Below are positions 38,453 through 48,079 of a stretch of DNA of 64,000 bases, piece by piece. Location of the stretch: positions 1,056,001-1,120,000 of the forward strand of contig OY969807.1 in the NCBI GenBank assembly GCA_963703285.1, in the 5' to 3' direction. Every line of letters begins with the position of its first letter. Positions within the stretch are counted from its first letter, which is position 1. This DNA comes from an uncultured Nitrososphaerota archaeon (lineage in GTDB: Archaea; Thermoproteota; Nitrososphaeria; Nitrososphaerales; Gagatemarchaeaceae). The position numbers and the translations under genes were made by a program. The notes below the pieces were generated by a model. The model was not told the DNA's origin. It worked only from the letters and a program-made list of their open reading frames with translations, and ran no database searches.

Positions 38453-39967
38453 TTGACACCAGAAGGGACGCCAGGGGGCGCGACCAAGAGGGTCACGATC
38501 GGAGAGTCGATTCCGCCCGCAGCGCTGAAGGGCGTGGCCAAGTTCATGGAGACGTACTACCTCACGCCGAATCTTCGCTACTTCAGCCCCCCATCCTACC
38601 AGCAGTCCGAGTCGGGCGGCGGTGAGAGCTTGGAGTTCTCCTGGAAGATAGACCTCACGAAGATCGGCGAGCCCGTCATCGCAAACCCGCCGACGCTCTC
38701 CGTCTCGCTCACGTTGTCTTCGACAGGGGCGACCGTCGACTTCCACGATTACGATGCAGGGGCCCCGAGGATGGGCCAGATCTGCGCCCGGGTGTCGGAT
38801 GACGTAGAAGCGGTAATCGTCGCCTGCCTGACCAATGCGAAGAGGACGAGCCTCCACTTCGTGTTCTCGCTCGGAAGGGAAGAGAAGATGGAAGCCCCCA
38901 GCCAGGCTTCGCCCAACTATCGCAGGGAGGTCATCAAGAGGATTTTCGCCGGGAACACGATCAACCTCCTCCTGGTGCTGGTCCTGGTGAGCTTCGTCTT
39001 CATCTTCTTCCTCGGGGACAACGCGCTGGTCGCCATACTGGCCGTCCAGGTCATAGCGCTCGTCTTCTCGGACAAGCTAGTGATGGGTGCGGGGGTCGTC
39101 CGCCCGACGAAGGACCAGCCGGAGGTGACGGTCGTCACCGTCTTGTCGACACCCGAGGCCATCAGGTCACTCTCGAAACAGACGAAGGTGGTGATGCAGA
39201 AGATGAAGGAGTACTTCGAAGCGTCCGTCTCGTCGGTCAACGCGGAGAGCCCCGAGACGAAGCTCGCCCTCCACAGGATTCTAGTACAGGCGGGCGTCAA
39301 CTGCAGCCTGGACGACATCCAGGTAAGGACTAGGAATCCCTACGAGCTGGTCAAGACCGCGAGCGAGACGTTCCACCTCCCAATGCCCAAGATCGCCGTT
39401 GTCAACACTCCTATCGACAACGCGGCCGCGACGGGCATCTCCCAGGGAAGGTCGTCGATGACCATCACGGCGGGCGCCCTGGAGGACCTGAGCGACGGAG
39501 AGCTGCTCTCGGTCATCGGACACGAGCTCGGACACATAAAGGGCCGGGATCCCTTGATTCTGTTCGGGGTGATCAGCGTGATGTACATCGGAGGGCTCTA
39601 CGTCTGGTTCCCGCTCTTCGAGACGCTGGGCCTCTTCTACCTGATCCTGGTCTTCGCCGTGATGTACGTCGTCGGCAAGTTCCTTGAGACCCGAGCGGAT
39701 ACGGCCTCGGTCGTCGTGCTAGGGAAGCCAGGCCTTCTAGCCTCGGCCCTGACCCAGATAGGCTTCAGGCAGCTCTACTACGAGAAGTACTCGCCGAGGG
39801 CGAAGATCATCGACTGGCTGAGGTTCGACCCGCATCCGCCAATCTACTTCAGGGTCAAGCGACTGTCGGCGATTTCCTCCAGGGGAGGGGATATCCACCA
39901 CATCCTCCTCCTCTCGGTCAAGGACGTCATATCGGGATTCTTCAACGCGCTCGCGGGCCGGTCCTGA
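38453..39967 (+). CDS. M48 zinc metalloprotease with long N-terminal extension
   Basis: NAAATG, GHELGH, ETRAD and DPHPPIYFRV. Confidence 0.85.
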   Translation: MTPEGTPGGATKRVTIGESIPPAALKGVAKFMETYYLTPNLRYFSPPSYQQSESGGGESLEFSWKIDLTKIGEPVIANPPTLSVSLTLSSTGATVDFHDYDAGAPRMGQICARVSDDVEAVIVACLTNAKRTSLHFVFSLGREEKMEAPSQASPNYRREVIKRIFAGNTINLLLVLVLVSFVFIFFLGDNALVAILAVQVIALVFSDKLVMGAGVVRPTKDQPEVTVVTVLSTPEAIRSLSKQTKVVMQKMKEYFEASVSSVNAESPETKLALHRILVQAGVNCSLDDIQVRTRNPYELVKTASETFHLPMPKIAVVNTPIDNAAATGISQGRSSMTITAGALEDLSDGELLSVIGHELGHIKGRDPLILFGVISVMYIGGLYVWFPLFETLGLFYLILVFAVMYVVGKFLETRADTASVVVLGKPGLLASALTQIGFRQLYYEKYSPRAKIIDWLRFDPHPPIYFRVKRLSAISSRGGDIHHILLLSVKDVISGFFNALAGRS

Positions 39968-40068
39968 GCCACACACAGATAGCAAGGTCTCCGGATGAGC
40001 ATGACCCCCTGAGGAGCCGAATGCCAAGCTTAACTATCCCGCCCTCCCCGCGGGGGTGGTCTCGAACA

Positions 40069-41169
40069 ATGTCGGAACCTTCCGCCGGCGCGAAGCTGTT
40101 CTTCAACGATCTTGTAGACGCGGTGAGGTACTCGCAGTCCTGGGCCCAGTCCATCGAGGAGCAGAAGGCCCATGCAGAGCGCGCAGAGCACGAGCTGCGC
40201 GAGCTGGACAAGCTCGCCTCGAGGATATCGGCCGATTTCGACGGACTGCAGCTGGACGAAGAGGTCGTCGGTCACCTCTCGAAGGTCATCAATGAATTCT
40301 CCGTCGCCGCCATCCGGCAGCAGAAGGAGAAGCTAAACACCAACGCCAAGAGGTGGGTGGAAGAGTCGTCCTCGGCTTCGGAAGCCGAGCGCCTCAAGGC
40401 GGTGAGGTCCCTCGAGTCCTATCTGGCGGGCACGCCACTCCCCGTCCTCGACCAGGAGATAGTCCTCGAGCTCTCGGACAGCTCCTACACGGCCAGCGCG
40501 GAGTACAAGTGCGCCGGGAAGATAGAGTATGAGTTTCTACTCAACACGGCAAACTCCCAGCTGTTCCGGAGCGAGTTCGCCCTCTCTGCGCTTCGCAAGG
40601 GCATCAAGCTCCCGGTGAGGCTCGGGAAAGCTTGGCTCCGGAAGGAAGCCGTCCCCGATTTCGAGAAGCTCGACGACTACGTCCTCTCGACGGCACGGGC
40701 CTCTAGCAACCACCTCGTCTCGAGCTTCGTGTTGAGGGAGACCGGCGCGGAGGTCGCAATCGTCTTCTCGAGGTCCGAGAAGGGATCCTTCGTCACGGCC
40801 GAGTACTCGGACGGGAAGGGAAAGGTGGACGTCACTGGCGAGCCTGCCCTCAGCAAGTACCTCGATCTGGTCTCTTTGAAGGCAACCATGAGCCAGCTCC
40901 TGGACGCGATATCTCGCGTGGAGAGGGAGAAGCTCAAGCTCAACCGGCTCGAAGCCCAGGGGAAGGACGTCCTTGCTTCGCTGGACTTCCTGGGGTTCAT
41001 GCAGCAGGTCTCGGCCCTGATTGTACAGTCCAACGAAGTGATCGCGGAGATGCGTAAGCTCGATCCCAAGATAGCGAGCGAGAGGCTCAAGATGCTTGGG
41101 CCCGGAGGTACCGCCATAATGGACGCGCTCGGAATCTCCCTCCGACCCGCGAAGCCGAAGCAGACCTAG
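40069..41169 (+). CDS. Hypothetical protein with N-terminal coiled coil
   Basis: Long ORF with host-like codon usage; charged heptads in the first 110 aa. Confidence 0.75.
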   Translation: MSEPSAGAKLFFNDLVDAVRYSQSWAQSIEEQKAHAERAEHELRELDKLASRISADFDGLQLDEEVVGHLSKVINEFSVAAIRQQKEKLNTNAKRWVEESSSASEAERLKAVRSLESYLAGTPLPVLDQEIVLELSDSSYTASAEYKCAGKIEYEFLLNTANSQLFRSEFALSALRKGIKLPVRLGKAWLRKEAVPDFEKLDDYVLSTARASSNHLVSSFVLRETGAEVAIVFSRSEKGSFVTAEYSDGKGKVDVTGEPALSKYLDLVSLKATMSQLLDAISRVEREKLKLNRLEAQGKDVLASLDFLGFMQQVSALIVQSNEVIAEMRKLDPKIASERLKMLGPGGTAIMDALGISLRPAKPKQT

Positions 41170-41182
41170 CCCCAGCCGGGAG

Positions 41183-43006
41183 TTATCGCGCCCGCCGCAG
41201 GACCTGGGCGTCTACGTAGACGTTTGCGAGGAGAAGGAGTGGTGCTACCGCGAGCATCCAGATCAGAACCTCCTGTGCTCCGGCCGCAGAGATGGGCAGC
41301 AGCGAGAGGATTACGCCCTTCGGGTGCACGGCGTAGGGGAGGACTGCCAAGAGGGCGAGGCTGGACAGGCTGAAGAACGAGAGGAAGAGCTGCGTTCCAA
41401 GATGCCCCAGCTCGAGTATGTCGAAGAAAAGGTAGGCGGAGAGGATGGCCAGGGTCCCGAAGACGACCACCGATGGAGTGAGAAGGTACACGGCGCCCCC
41501 GGCGACGAAGCAGCTGGCTCCCACGAGGACCGGAAGGGCGTCCGCTCCCGAGCGCGGCATCCCCCGGGAGCTCCTCAGCCAGACCGAGGAGAGCACGATG
41601 ATACCGAGGCTCGCCAGAACCATGAAATCGGTGATGTCCACTAGGAAGTTCTCGTTTCCTTCGGCGAGCAGGAAGATGGAGACTAGGGTGAAGATCCATG
41701 ATCCGCTTGCGATGGACTGCGGCAGGTACCCGTCGTCAGCCAGCGCAGACAGGTGCCTGGTGGCCGCGAGGAAGGCTGGCACGAAGGTTGTGACGGTCGC
41801 AATGAGGAAGGCAATCGCCATCAGGAGTTCCTGAGTAGTGCCGAGGAAGGTGCTCGAGAGGTAGAGTGCCGGTATCTGGGCCGCGAGTAGGGCCGCCTTG
41901 TCGGGGTGGGCTGCGAAGACCGCGACGCCGTAGAGGATGTTTATCGTGGCTGCAATAATGACTGTCAAGATCATCGCGACTCCCAAGAACTTACCCTTGC
42001 CCATCGTGTACCCCTTCCTAATCCACGAGACGACCGGAACCCTAGTGCGCTCGACGGCGTCCTGTTCTAGGGACTGGATTTCCTGAAAACCGAAAAAGAG
42101 CAGATAGAGGTAGCCCGTGTTGATTATCAGCGCCACAGGCCAGCTCCCGCTCCCCGTGAAAGTCAGGATCCCCGAGAGGCTCCACGATCCCTTCGAACCA
42201 AGGAGCGTGCTGTCATAGACGAGGATGGCCACGAGGAGGCCCGTGAGGAAGATCTGGAGCACGCCGGTTGCCCGCAGGAGCTTGGTCTCAAACAGGACGT
42301 CCAGCACGGTCCACCCAATCAGCCCGATCGCTAGGGCGTAGACGATGAGCGACCCGGGCGTCCCCGTGACCCCGAAATCCGCGAGAATCTTCGGAAGGTA
42401 CGTGAAGTCAAAAATCAGGAAGACTATCTTCGAGTAGGCCGCGAGCGCTGTGTTCGCTATCCACATGGACATTCTGGAGACGAAGTACCTCACGCTCCTC
42501 ACGCCGACGGCAACCCTCGCGAAGGAAGGCCCGCCGACGGCCGGCAGCCCCATCCGTCTCATCTCGGCGTACATGTTCGCGTAGACCTTGGCCATCAGCA
42601 CCGAGAGCACGGCCGCGAGGGCCAGGGACCCTAGGGAGACGAACTCGTACTGCAGGATGTTCTGTGGTATCAGGATGAAGAGCGGGGACCCGAGGGTGGC
42701 GCCTACGCCTATCGCGACCATCGTGCCGAGCCCGTACACGGGCTTGGGGACTTTCACCCTCCGCGGCCTGCTGAACCTTGCCCTCACTGACTGGGGCAGG
42801 GACGCGATTAGCGAGACCCCGGCGAGCGCGAGGCTGACCGCCGCGACTGCCACAACGACGTCGCCCAGCGAGAGGCTGCCCTGCTGGGAGAGGTAGCTGA
42901 GATCGTCGTACAGGTAGCCCGTCGCGAAGGCAGCCGCCCCTAGGCCGAAGACTAGCGCGGCCACCTTCACAGCGAGCGCGCCGAGCTGTCCTTTCGGGAT
43001 GGCCAC
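41183..43006 (-). CDS. APC-superfamily permease with extra TM segments
   Basis: AIGVGATLGSPLF, GGPSF and FFGFQEI; more than 14 hydrophobic segments. Confidence 0.75.
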   Translation of the reverse strand: MAIPKGQLGALAVKVAALVFGLGAAAFATGYLYDDLSYLSQQGSLSLGDVVVAVAAVSLALAGVSLIASLPQSVRARFSRPRRVKVPKPVYGLGTMVAIGVGATLGSPLFILIPQNILQYEFVSLGSLALAAVLSVLMAKVYANMYAEMRRMGLPAVGGPSFARVAVGVRSVRYFVSRMSMWIANTALAAYSKIVFLIFDFTYLPKILADFGVTGTPGSLIVYALAIGLIGWTVLDVLFETKLLRATGVLQIFLTGLLVAILVYDSTLLGSKGSWSLSGILTFTGSGSWPVALIINTGYLYLLFFGFQEIQSLEQDAVERTRVPVVSWIRKGYTMGKGKFLGVAMILTVIIAATINILYGVAVFAAHPDKAALLAAQIPALYLSSTFLGTTQELLMAIAFLIATVTTFVPAFLAATRHLSALADDGYLPQSIASGSWIFTLVSIFLLAEGNENFLVDITDFMVLASLGIIVLSSVWLRSSRGMPRSGADALPVLVGASCFVAGGAVYLLTPSVVVFGTLAILSAYLFFDILELGHLGTQLFLSFFSLSSLALLAVLPYAVHPKGVILSLLPISAAGAQEVLIWMLAVAPLLLLANVYVDAQVLRRAR

Positions 43007-43487
43007 TAGCGGACACTCGTCTCAAGCATCAGGTCCGATTCTCTGATATTCCGGGACGCCTGCCTCAGGGTGTAGAAGGCGCAGAGCATTAGAATGGAGG
43101 CGAGGACGAAGTCGAGCGCAGGGGCGCCGACGTATAGCGGTCCCGAGCTGAACGACGGCGCGAGGGCGTTCGAGAAGTAGTCGAGGAACTGGTGCGGGGT
43201 GAGTAGTCCGATCAGCACGGGAACGAAGGCTGAAATGCCGATGATTGTAAGAAAGGAGGCCAAGATTAGCTCCCCGAGGGAGATGAGTATAGTCCCGCCC
43301 CTGCTCTGCTTCCTCTTCGTCTGGAGCAGGCCGAGGAACCTCAGCATCTCCGCGTCCCCCGAGTTCGCGAACGCCCCGTCGAGTACCCCCTTCAGCGCGG
43401 CGTCCGAGTCGTAAAGGAGGGTGAGAGCTTTCACGTCGAGTTTCAGCTTGGAGACCAGGTCGCCGCCCTGGCCCTCGTCTAGGCTCA
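43006..43487 (-). CDS. Hypothetical membrane protein, translationally coupled to the permease
   Basis: 2 TM segments; stop overlaps the GTG of the downstream gene. Confidence 0.65.
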
Positions 43488-43679
43488 TGAGGGTGGCTTG
43501 GAGGGCCGCTTCGGTATTTTTCGGTTGCGTCTGTTTGCTCCGGAGCCCGCCGCGGGGACTGATATGCTTAAATAACACGCCAACGGAGTTCAAGATTGCT
43601 GCAAGTCGCAGTCTTGTTGATTCAGGACGATTACGCTCTGATTCTCTGACGTCGATTTTGCCGTGGAAAACAAAAGAAA

Positions 43680-44933
43680 ATGAACAGTTTCGAAGAAATG
43701 GACTTGGACCCTGAACTATTGAAGGGTGTAAGGGCAGCTGGATACGAGAAGCCTTTCCCGATCCAGCAACTCGCTATTGGCCCCCTTTTATCAGGCCGAA
43801 ACGTGATAGGACAGGCGAAGACGGGTAGCGGTAAGACGGCGGCCTTCGGGCTCCCGCTTCTGAATATGGTGAACCCCGACAAGTGGGAGGTGCAGGCGCT
43901 GGTCCTGGCGCCGACCAGGGAGCTCGCCCAGCAGATAACCGCCGAGCTGAAGAGGCTCGCTATCTACACTCGCACACGGATGGTCACCATCTATGGCGGC
44001 CACTCGATAAACGTCGAGTTTGAGGCGCTCGACAAGGGAGTCCACGTCGTCGTGGGAACGCCCGGTCGCATCATGGACCACATCAAGCGGGGCAGTCTCG
44101 ACCTCAGCAGGGTCAAGTACGTGATCCTCGACGAGGCGGACACCATGCTCGACATGGGATTCATCGAGGACATCGAGTTCATCCTCGACTCGATCCCCGA
44201 GCCGAGGCAGATGGGCCTCTTCTCGGCGACCATGCCGAGGAGGATCATCGACGTCGCAAACAAGTACATGCACAACCCCGAGAAGATCCTGGTCTCCGCG
44301 GACAATCCGACGGTCGAGACTCTGGAGCAGTTCTACGCCGTCGTAGAAGCGAAGGACAAGCTCGACGTCCTCGTAGGGATTCTCGAGAAGGAGAAGCCCG
44401 AGAGCACGATAATCTTCTGCAGGACGAAGTACGGAGCCCACAAGCTCGCCCGGGAGCTCGAGAGACGCTACTTCAACGCGGTGCCACTGCACGGCGACCT
44501 GAGCCAGCACCAGCGGGACCATTCCATGGGCGCCTTCAGGTCGGGACACGCCGATGTCCTCGTTGCCACTGACGTGGCCAGCAGGGGGATAGACATCTCC
44601 CAGGTGGACTGCGTCATCAACTACGACGTCCCCGAGGACCCTGTTCTCTACTTCCACAGGGTGGGGAGGACGGCTCGCGCAGGCGACACGGGAAGGGCAT
44701 TCACGCTGGTCTCCTACGAGGAGGACACCGACTTCGCAAGGATCATGGGCCTGACGACGGCCGTGATCAAGCCCATGAGGCCCGAGGACGCTGAGCACAA
44801 CTTCTACGTCACCAACAGGGGCACCATCACGGAGCTCCAGAACCAGAGGCGTGGAGGAGGCAGGAGGTACTCAAGTTATAGGGGAGGACGGAGAGGCGGT
44901 AGTGGCGGCAGTTGGAGAGGGTCGAGATGGTGA
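43680..44933 (+). CDS. DEAD-box RNA helicase
   Basis: AKTGSGKT, PTRELA, DEAD, SAT and HRVGRTAR; RG-rich tail. Confidence 0.96.
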   Translation: MNSFEEMDLDPELLKGVRAAGYEKPFPIQQLAIGPLLSGRNVIGQAKTGSGKTAAFGLPLLNMVNPDKWEVQALVLAPTRELAQQITAELKRLAIYTRTRMVTIYGGHSINVEFEALDKGVHVVVGTPGRIMDHIKRGSLDLSRVKYVILDEADTMLDMGFIEDIEFILDSIPEPRQMGLFSATMPRRIIDVANKYMHNPEKILVSADNPTVETLEQFYAVVEAKDKLDVLVGILEKEKPESTIIFCRTKYGAHKLARELERRYFNAVPLHGDLSQHQRDHSMGAFRSGHADVLVATDVASRGIDISQVDCVINYDVPEDPVLYFHRVGRTARAGDTGRAFTLVSYEEDTDFARIMGLTTAVIKPMRPEDAEHNFYVTNRGTITELQNQRRGGGRRYSSYRGGRRGGSGGSWRGSRW

Positions 44934-45106
44934 AGTGCTATAACTGCAACTCGGTAGCCAAGGTCCAGTGCGCCGAGTGCCATCGCTGGGTATGCCGTTC
45001 GCACTCGAGCGTCATCTTCAATGAGGACTCCAGAACGTTCAAGAGCCTCTGCGGCGCATGCTACTCGCAAGTGAGGAGATTGAGTTGGGTAAGAGAAAGG
45101 TCCTAA
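44927..45106 (+). CDS. Small Cys/His zinc-finger protein
   Basis: CYNC..CAEC..CRSH..CGAC; overlaps the helicase stop and the aIF-1A start. Confidence 0.7.
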   Translation: MVKCYNCNSVAKVQCAECHRWVCRSHSSVIFNEDSRTFKSLCGACYSQVRRLSWVRERS

Positions 45107-45498
45107 ACGAAGCGCATCTCAAGGAGCTCGTGCTCCCCCAGCAGGGAGAAATCCTTGGTCGCGTAGTCAAGATTTCCGGAGGAAACCAGGTCATTGTGGC
45201 CTGCGTCGACGGGCAGACGAGGCTAAGCAGGATCAGGGGCAAGATGAAGCGCCGAATGTGGATACGGGAGAGGGACATCGTCCTCGTCTCACCCTGGGAC
45301 TTCGACAACAAGCGCGCCGACATCATCTGGCGATACATCAAGGACCATGCAGATTGGCTCGAGAACAACGGGTATATGAACAAGCCCGAAGCGAAGCCCG
45401 CAGCCGCTCCCGCGGCCCCCGCACCAGCACCAGCGGTAGCACCGGCACCCAAGCCGGCGACCGAGACGCCGCCCCCTCAGCAAGAAATCCCGCAGTAG
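45085..45498 (+). CDS. eif1a: Translation initiation factor aIF-1A with Pro/Ala-rich tail
   Basis: RIRGKMKRRMWIRERDIVLVSPWDF..ADIIWRY. Confidence 0.93.
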   Translation: MGKRKVLNEAHLKELVLPQQGEILGRVVKISGGNQVIVACVDGQTRLSRIRGKMKRRMWIRERDIVLVSPWDFDNKRADIIWRYIKDHADWLENNGYMNKPEAKPAAAPAAPAPAPAVAPAPKPATETPPPQQEIPQ

Positions 45499-45511
45499 GA
45501 AACGGACGCGC

Positions 45512-46237
45512 CTAGAGGAGGGGTGTCCACCCCGGCCTCTTCGACCAAGTGGCGACCGCGTCGTGGGCGTGAATCGACTCGAAGCACCTCGCCGTGATGT
45601 AGAGCGAGTTCGGGAACCTGCTGGCGCACTCCCTCACCAGGTCCTCCGCGAACCTTCCGTTCTCCTGCGCCTCCAGGATCTTCCTCGCCTCCTCGACCCT
45701 CTTCATCTTCTCTGTCGGCATCGCCGAGAAGCACTCCTCCATCTTCCCGATCGTCTCAATCAGGTCGAGCTGCCCCCTCCTGTCGACGACCATGGTCAGC
45801 TCCGCCCTCTGCATGTGGCCTATGCCTATCATCCTCTTGCTGCAGGGACAGGCCGTCATCCCCCTGGCGTTGAGCTGGTATCTAACGGCCCCCTTCTCCG
45901 TCGTCCTTATCGCGACGGGGATGAACTGATCAGAGTAAGGGATCTCGAACCTGCAGGTGACCCACGATCCGGGCTGGGTCCTGTTCACGTCTCGACAGAT
46001 CGCCTTGAGCCACCCCTCGATCCCGAGCCCCTCCCTCGCCGAGGCGGCGTGGACGAGCCTGCTCATGTGGACGCCCCTGTGCAGCCCCGTGGAGGTCTGG
46101 ATATCGAGGAAGACGGGAATCGAGGTCTTCCCATTGAGGTAGAGTATCTGGAGGTTGGCGACGCCCGCGTCTACAGCCACCTCGGCGGGTTCGCTCTGGG
46201 TATCGGCCAAGATGTCAATCAACTCCGTCCTGGCCAT
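45512..46237 (-). CDS. GTP cyclohydrolase FolE2/MptA family
   Basis: DTQ, RGVHMSR, GMTACPCS, HMQR, FAEDLVR and FESIHAHDA. Confidence 0.85.
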   Translation of the reverse strand: MARTELIDILADTQSEPAEVAVDAGVANLQILYLNGKTSIPVFLDIQTSTGLHRGVHMSRLVHAASAREGLGIEGWLKAICRDVNRTQPGSWVTCRFEIPYSDQFIPVAIRTTEKGAVRYQLNARGMTACPCSKRMIGIGHMQRAELTMVVDRRGQLDLIETIGKMEECFSAMPTEKMKRVEEARKILEAQENGRFAEDLVRECASRFPNSLYITARCFESIHAHDAVATWSKRPGWTPLL

Positions 46238-46247
46238 CTGTTCCGTG

Positions 46248-46946
46248 TTATCCTTGCCACGACGCACGAATCCGGCCGGTTGCCACCCGTTTTAGACCCT
46301 TTCGGTCACCGCGACCCCTGAGCGGGTCCTCGACCCCCGCCAGACGGAAGGCCGACTCTCGCTTCCGGCACCCATCACACTCCCAGCAGTGCGTCGTCCC
46401 TGCGCGGTGGCAGGACCAAGTAAGCTCGAGGGGCACGGACAGCTTCGAGGCGAGCCCGACGACCTCCGCCTTGCTCATGGCCGAGAGCGGCCGCCATATC
46501 CTAAGGTCCAGCTCTCTCAGCCTGGCCGAGGCGGCTCTCAGGGATCTCTCCGTCGACTGGAAGAACTCCTCGCTCGTGTCCTCAAAGACGCCCCTGTCGT
46601 CGGCGTTGTGCCCTCCGACGATAAGGGCCGCGCCCGCCTCCTCCGCATAGGCAGCCGCGACGCTGTAGAAGATCGAGTTCTTCATGGGGATGTACGTGGG
46701 CGGCAGGTGCGCGAGTCGCCTCGCGCCGGAGTCCCCGGCCTCCATCAGGTCCGGCATCGTGAAGACCCGGTGCTCAACCGCGCCGGAGGCTGCGGCTAGC
46801 CGCCCCGCGGCGACGAGCTCCCCCCTCGCCGTCCCGTGTATCCTCATCGTGAGGGCCCTGTTGGTGAAACCCCTCTGTTTGGACAGATAGAGGCACGTCG
46901 CCGAGTCTATCCCACCCGAGAGCAGGACTATCGCTTGCGTGGCCGT
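46248..46946 (-). CDS. queC: 7-cyano-7-deazaguanine synthase (no canonical start codon; N-terminus overlaps queD)
   Basis: In-frame upstream AIVLLSGGIDSATC; TYIPMKNSIF; TWSC..HCWECDGC. Confidence 0.88.
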   Translation of the reverse strand, partial: TATQAIVLLSGGIDSATCLYLSKQRGFTNRALTMRIHGTARGELVAAGRLAAASGAVEHRVFTMPDLMEAGDSGARRLAHLPPTYIPMKNSIFYSVAAAYAEEAGAALIVGGHNADDRGVFEDTSEEFFQSTERSLRAASARLRELDLRIWRPLSAMSKAEVVGLASKLSVPLELTWSCHRAGTTHCWECDGCRKRESAFRLAGVEDPLRGRGDRKGLKRVATGRIRASWQG

Positions 46947-47794
46947 CCGGCCTCTCTGGAGTGGATCCTCGCGAGGAGGTGCGTCCCCTTGTTGAGCCCC
47001 TCGTAGACGTAGACGCCGACCGCCTCGACGTTGTCGGGCATGCCGGGTGCGATCCTGCGGACGAGCTCCTGCGCCAGGTTCTCCACGGTCGCCTCCTCCT
47101 CGAGGAGGACGGTGGTCCTGGCGGGGACCTTCATCTCGAACCTTCCGTGAACCGTGTCGAACCCGATGCTGACGCTCGACCCCTCCCTTCCCAAGACGTA
47201 CCGTTCGCTGATGAAGAGCTTGTGATCCAGCCCCCTCACGGCGTCCCTGATGAGCGGCTTGGCGTCGTTGAAGTCGACAACCATGCCGTCCTTCGGCGTC
47301 CCGGCCAGCTCAACCAAGACCGAGGACGTGTGTCCGTGCATCACCGAGCACTTCTCCGTCTTCGGGAGGATGTGGGCGTAGTCGAAGTTGAACGATGGGT
47401 CGTCGAGGAAGATGGTTTGGAGCCTCAGCCCCTTGGCGTCGCCGGAACGCACGACACGTATCCCCGCGTCGAGGATGTCGCTCAGCGAATCGCTCTCGGA
47501 AATCAGGAAGCACTCCCTTCCCTCGGCGGTTGCCCTCTGCCTCTCCGCCACAGTCAAATCTTCGCCGATGAGCAGGAGGTTGTCACCGACAGCGAAGTCG
47601 GCCCTCCTGGCGGCCCCGGGGTAAACCCGGACGTCCGTACGGTACACGGCTCCCGCCGCGTCGAGGATCTTGCTCACGAGCGCGTGCAGGCTGGAAGGGT
47701 ATCTCCTCCCCCTGCTCCTGTAGACCCTTGCGTAGCCTCCCCTGTCGAGCTCCTTGACCCTAGCCGAGATACCCTCTAGGAGGTCCTTTTGCAC
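46928..47794 (-). CDS. queD: 6-carboxytetrahydropterin synthase with about 120-aa N-terminal extension
   Basis: FDYAH, CSVMHGH, GMVVDF, LDHK, TVENLA and VYEG. Confidence 0.85.
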   Translation of the reverse strand: MQKDLLEGISARVKELDRGGYARVYRSRGRRYPSSLHALVSKILDAAGAVYRTDVRVYPGAARRADFAVGDNLLLIGEDLTVAERQRATAEGRECFLISESDSLSDILDAGIRVVRSGDAKGLRLQTIFLDDPSFNFDYAHILPKTEKCSVMHGHTSSVLVELAGTPKDGMVVDFNDAKPLIRDAVRGLDHKLFISERYVLGREGSSVSIGFDTVHGRFEMKVPARTTVLLEEEATVENLAQELVRRIAPGMPDNVEAVGVYVYEGLNKGTHLLARIHSREAGRPRKR

Positions 47795-47968
47795 GATGGC
47801 GCGCCGGCAGAATTCAACTTATAGCGTTTACTCGAGAACCCTCCTCTCTCGCCATCTTGGCACGAGTAAGGGCCCCGTCGACCTGTGGAGGCATCCAGCC
47901 GGAATCACGATACTCGTGCCAAAGTCCAGAATCTGATTTATACCCACCCGATAGTCCTCCGAGGCCGT

Positions 47969-48079
47969 GCGGCCGTGATCCAGTGGTTAGGATGCGGGCT
48001 TCCCAATCCGCCAGAGAGGAGAGAGCCTGCCGCCCGGGTTCGAAATCGACTCGTGTCGACGAGGGTCCCGGCGGCCGCA
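47969..48079 (+). tRNA. tRNA-Gly(CCC) with two introns (48006-48023 at 37/38; 48045-48065 at 59/60)
   Basis: GCGGCCG/CGGCCGC-A; CGGGC-TTCCCAA-GCCTG; T-loop BHB TTCG-AAA-TCGAC..GTCGA-CGAG-GGT. Confidence 0.9.

Noticed and set aside
45385-45480. GCACCA/GCACCG-like repeats
   Set aside because: They simply encode the Pro/Ala-rich tail of aIF-1A.
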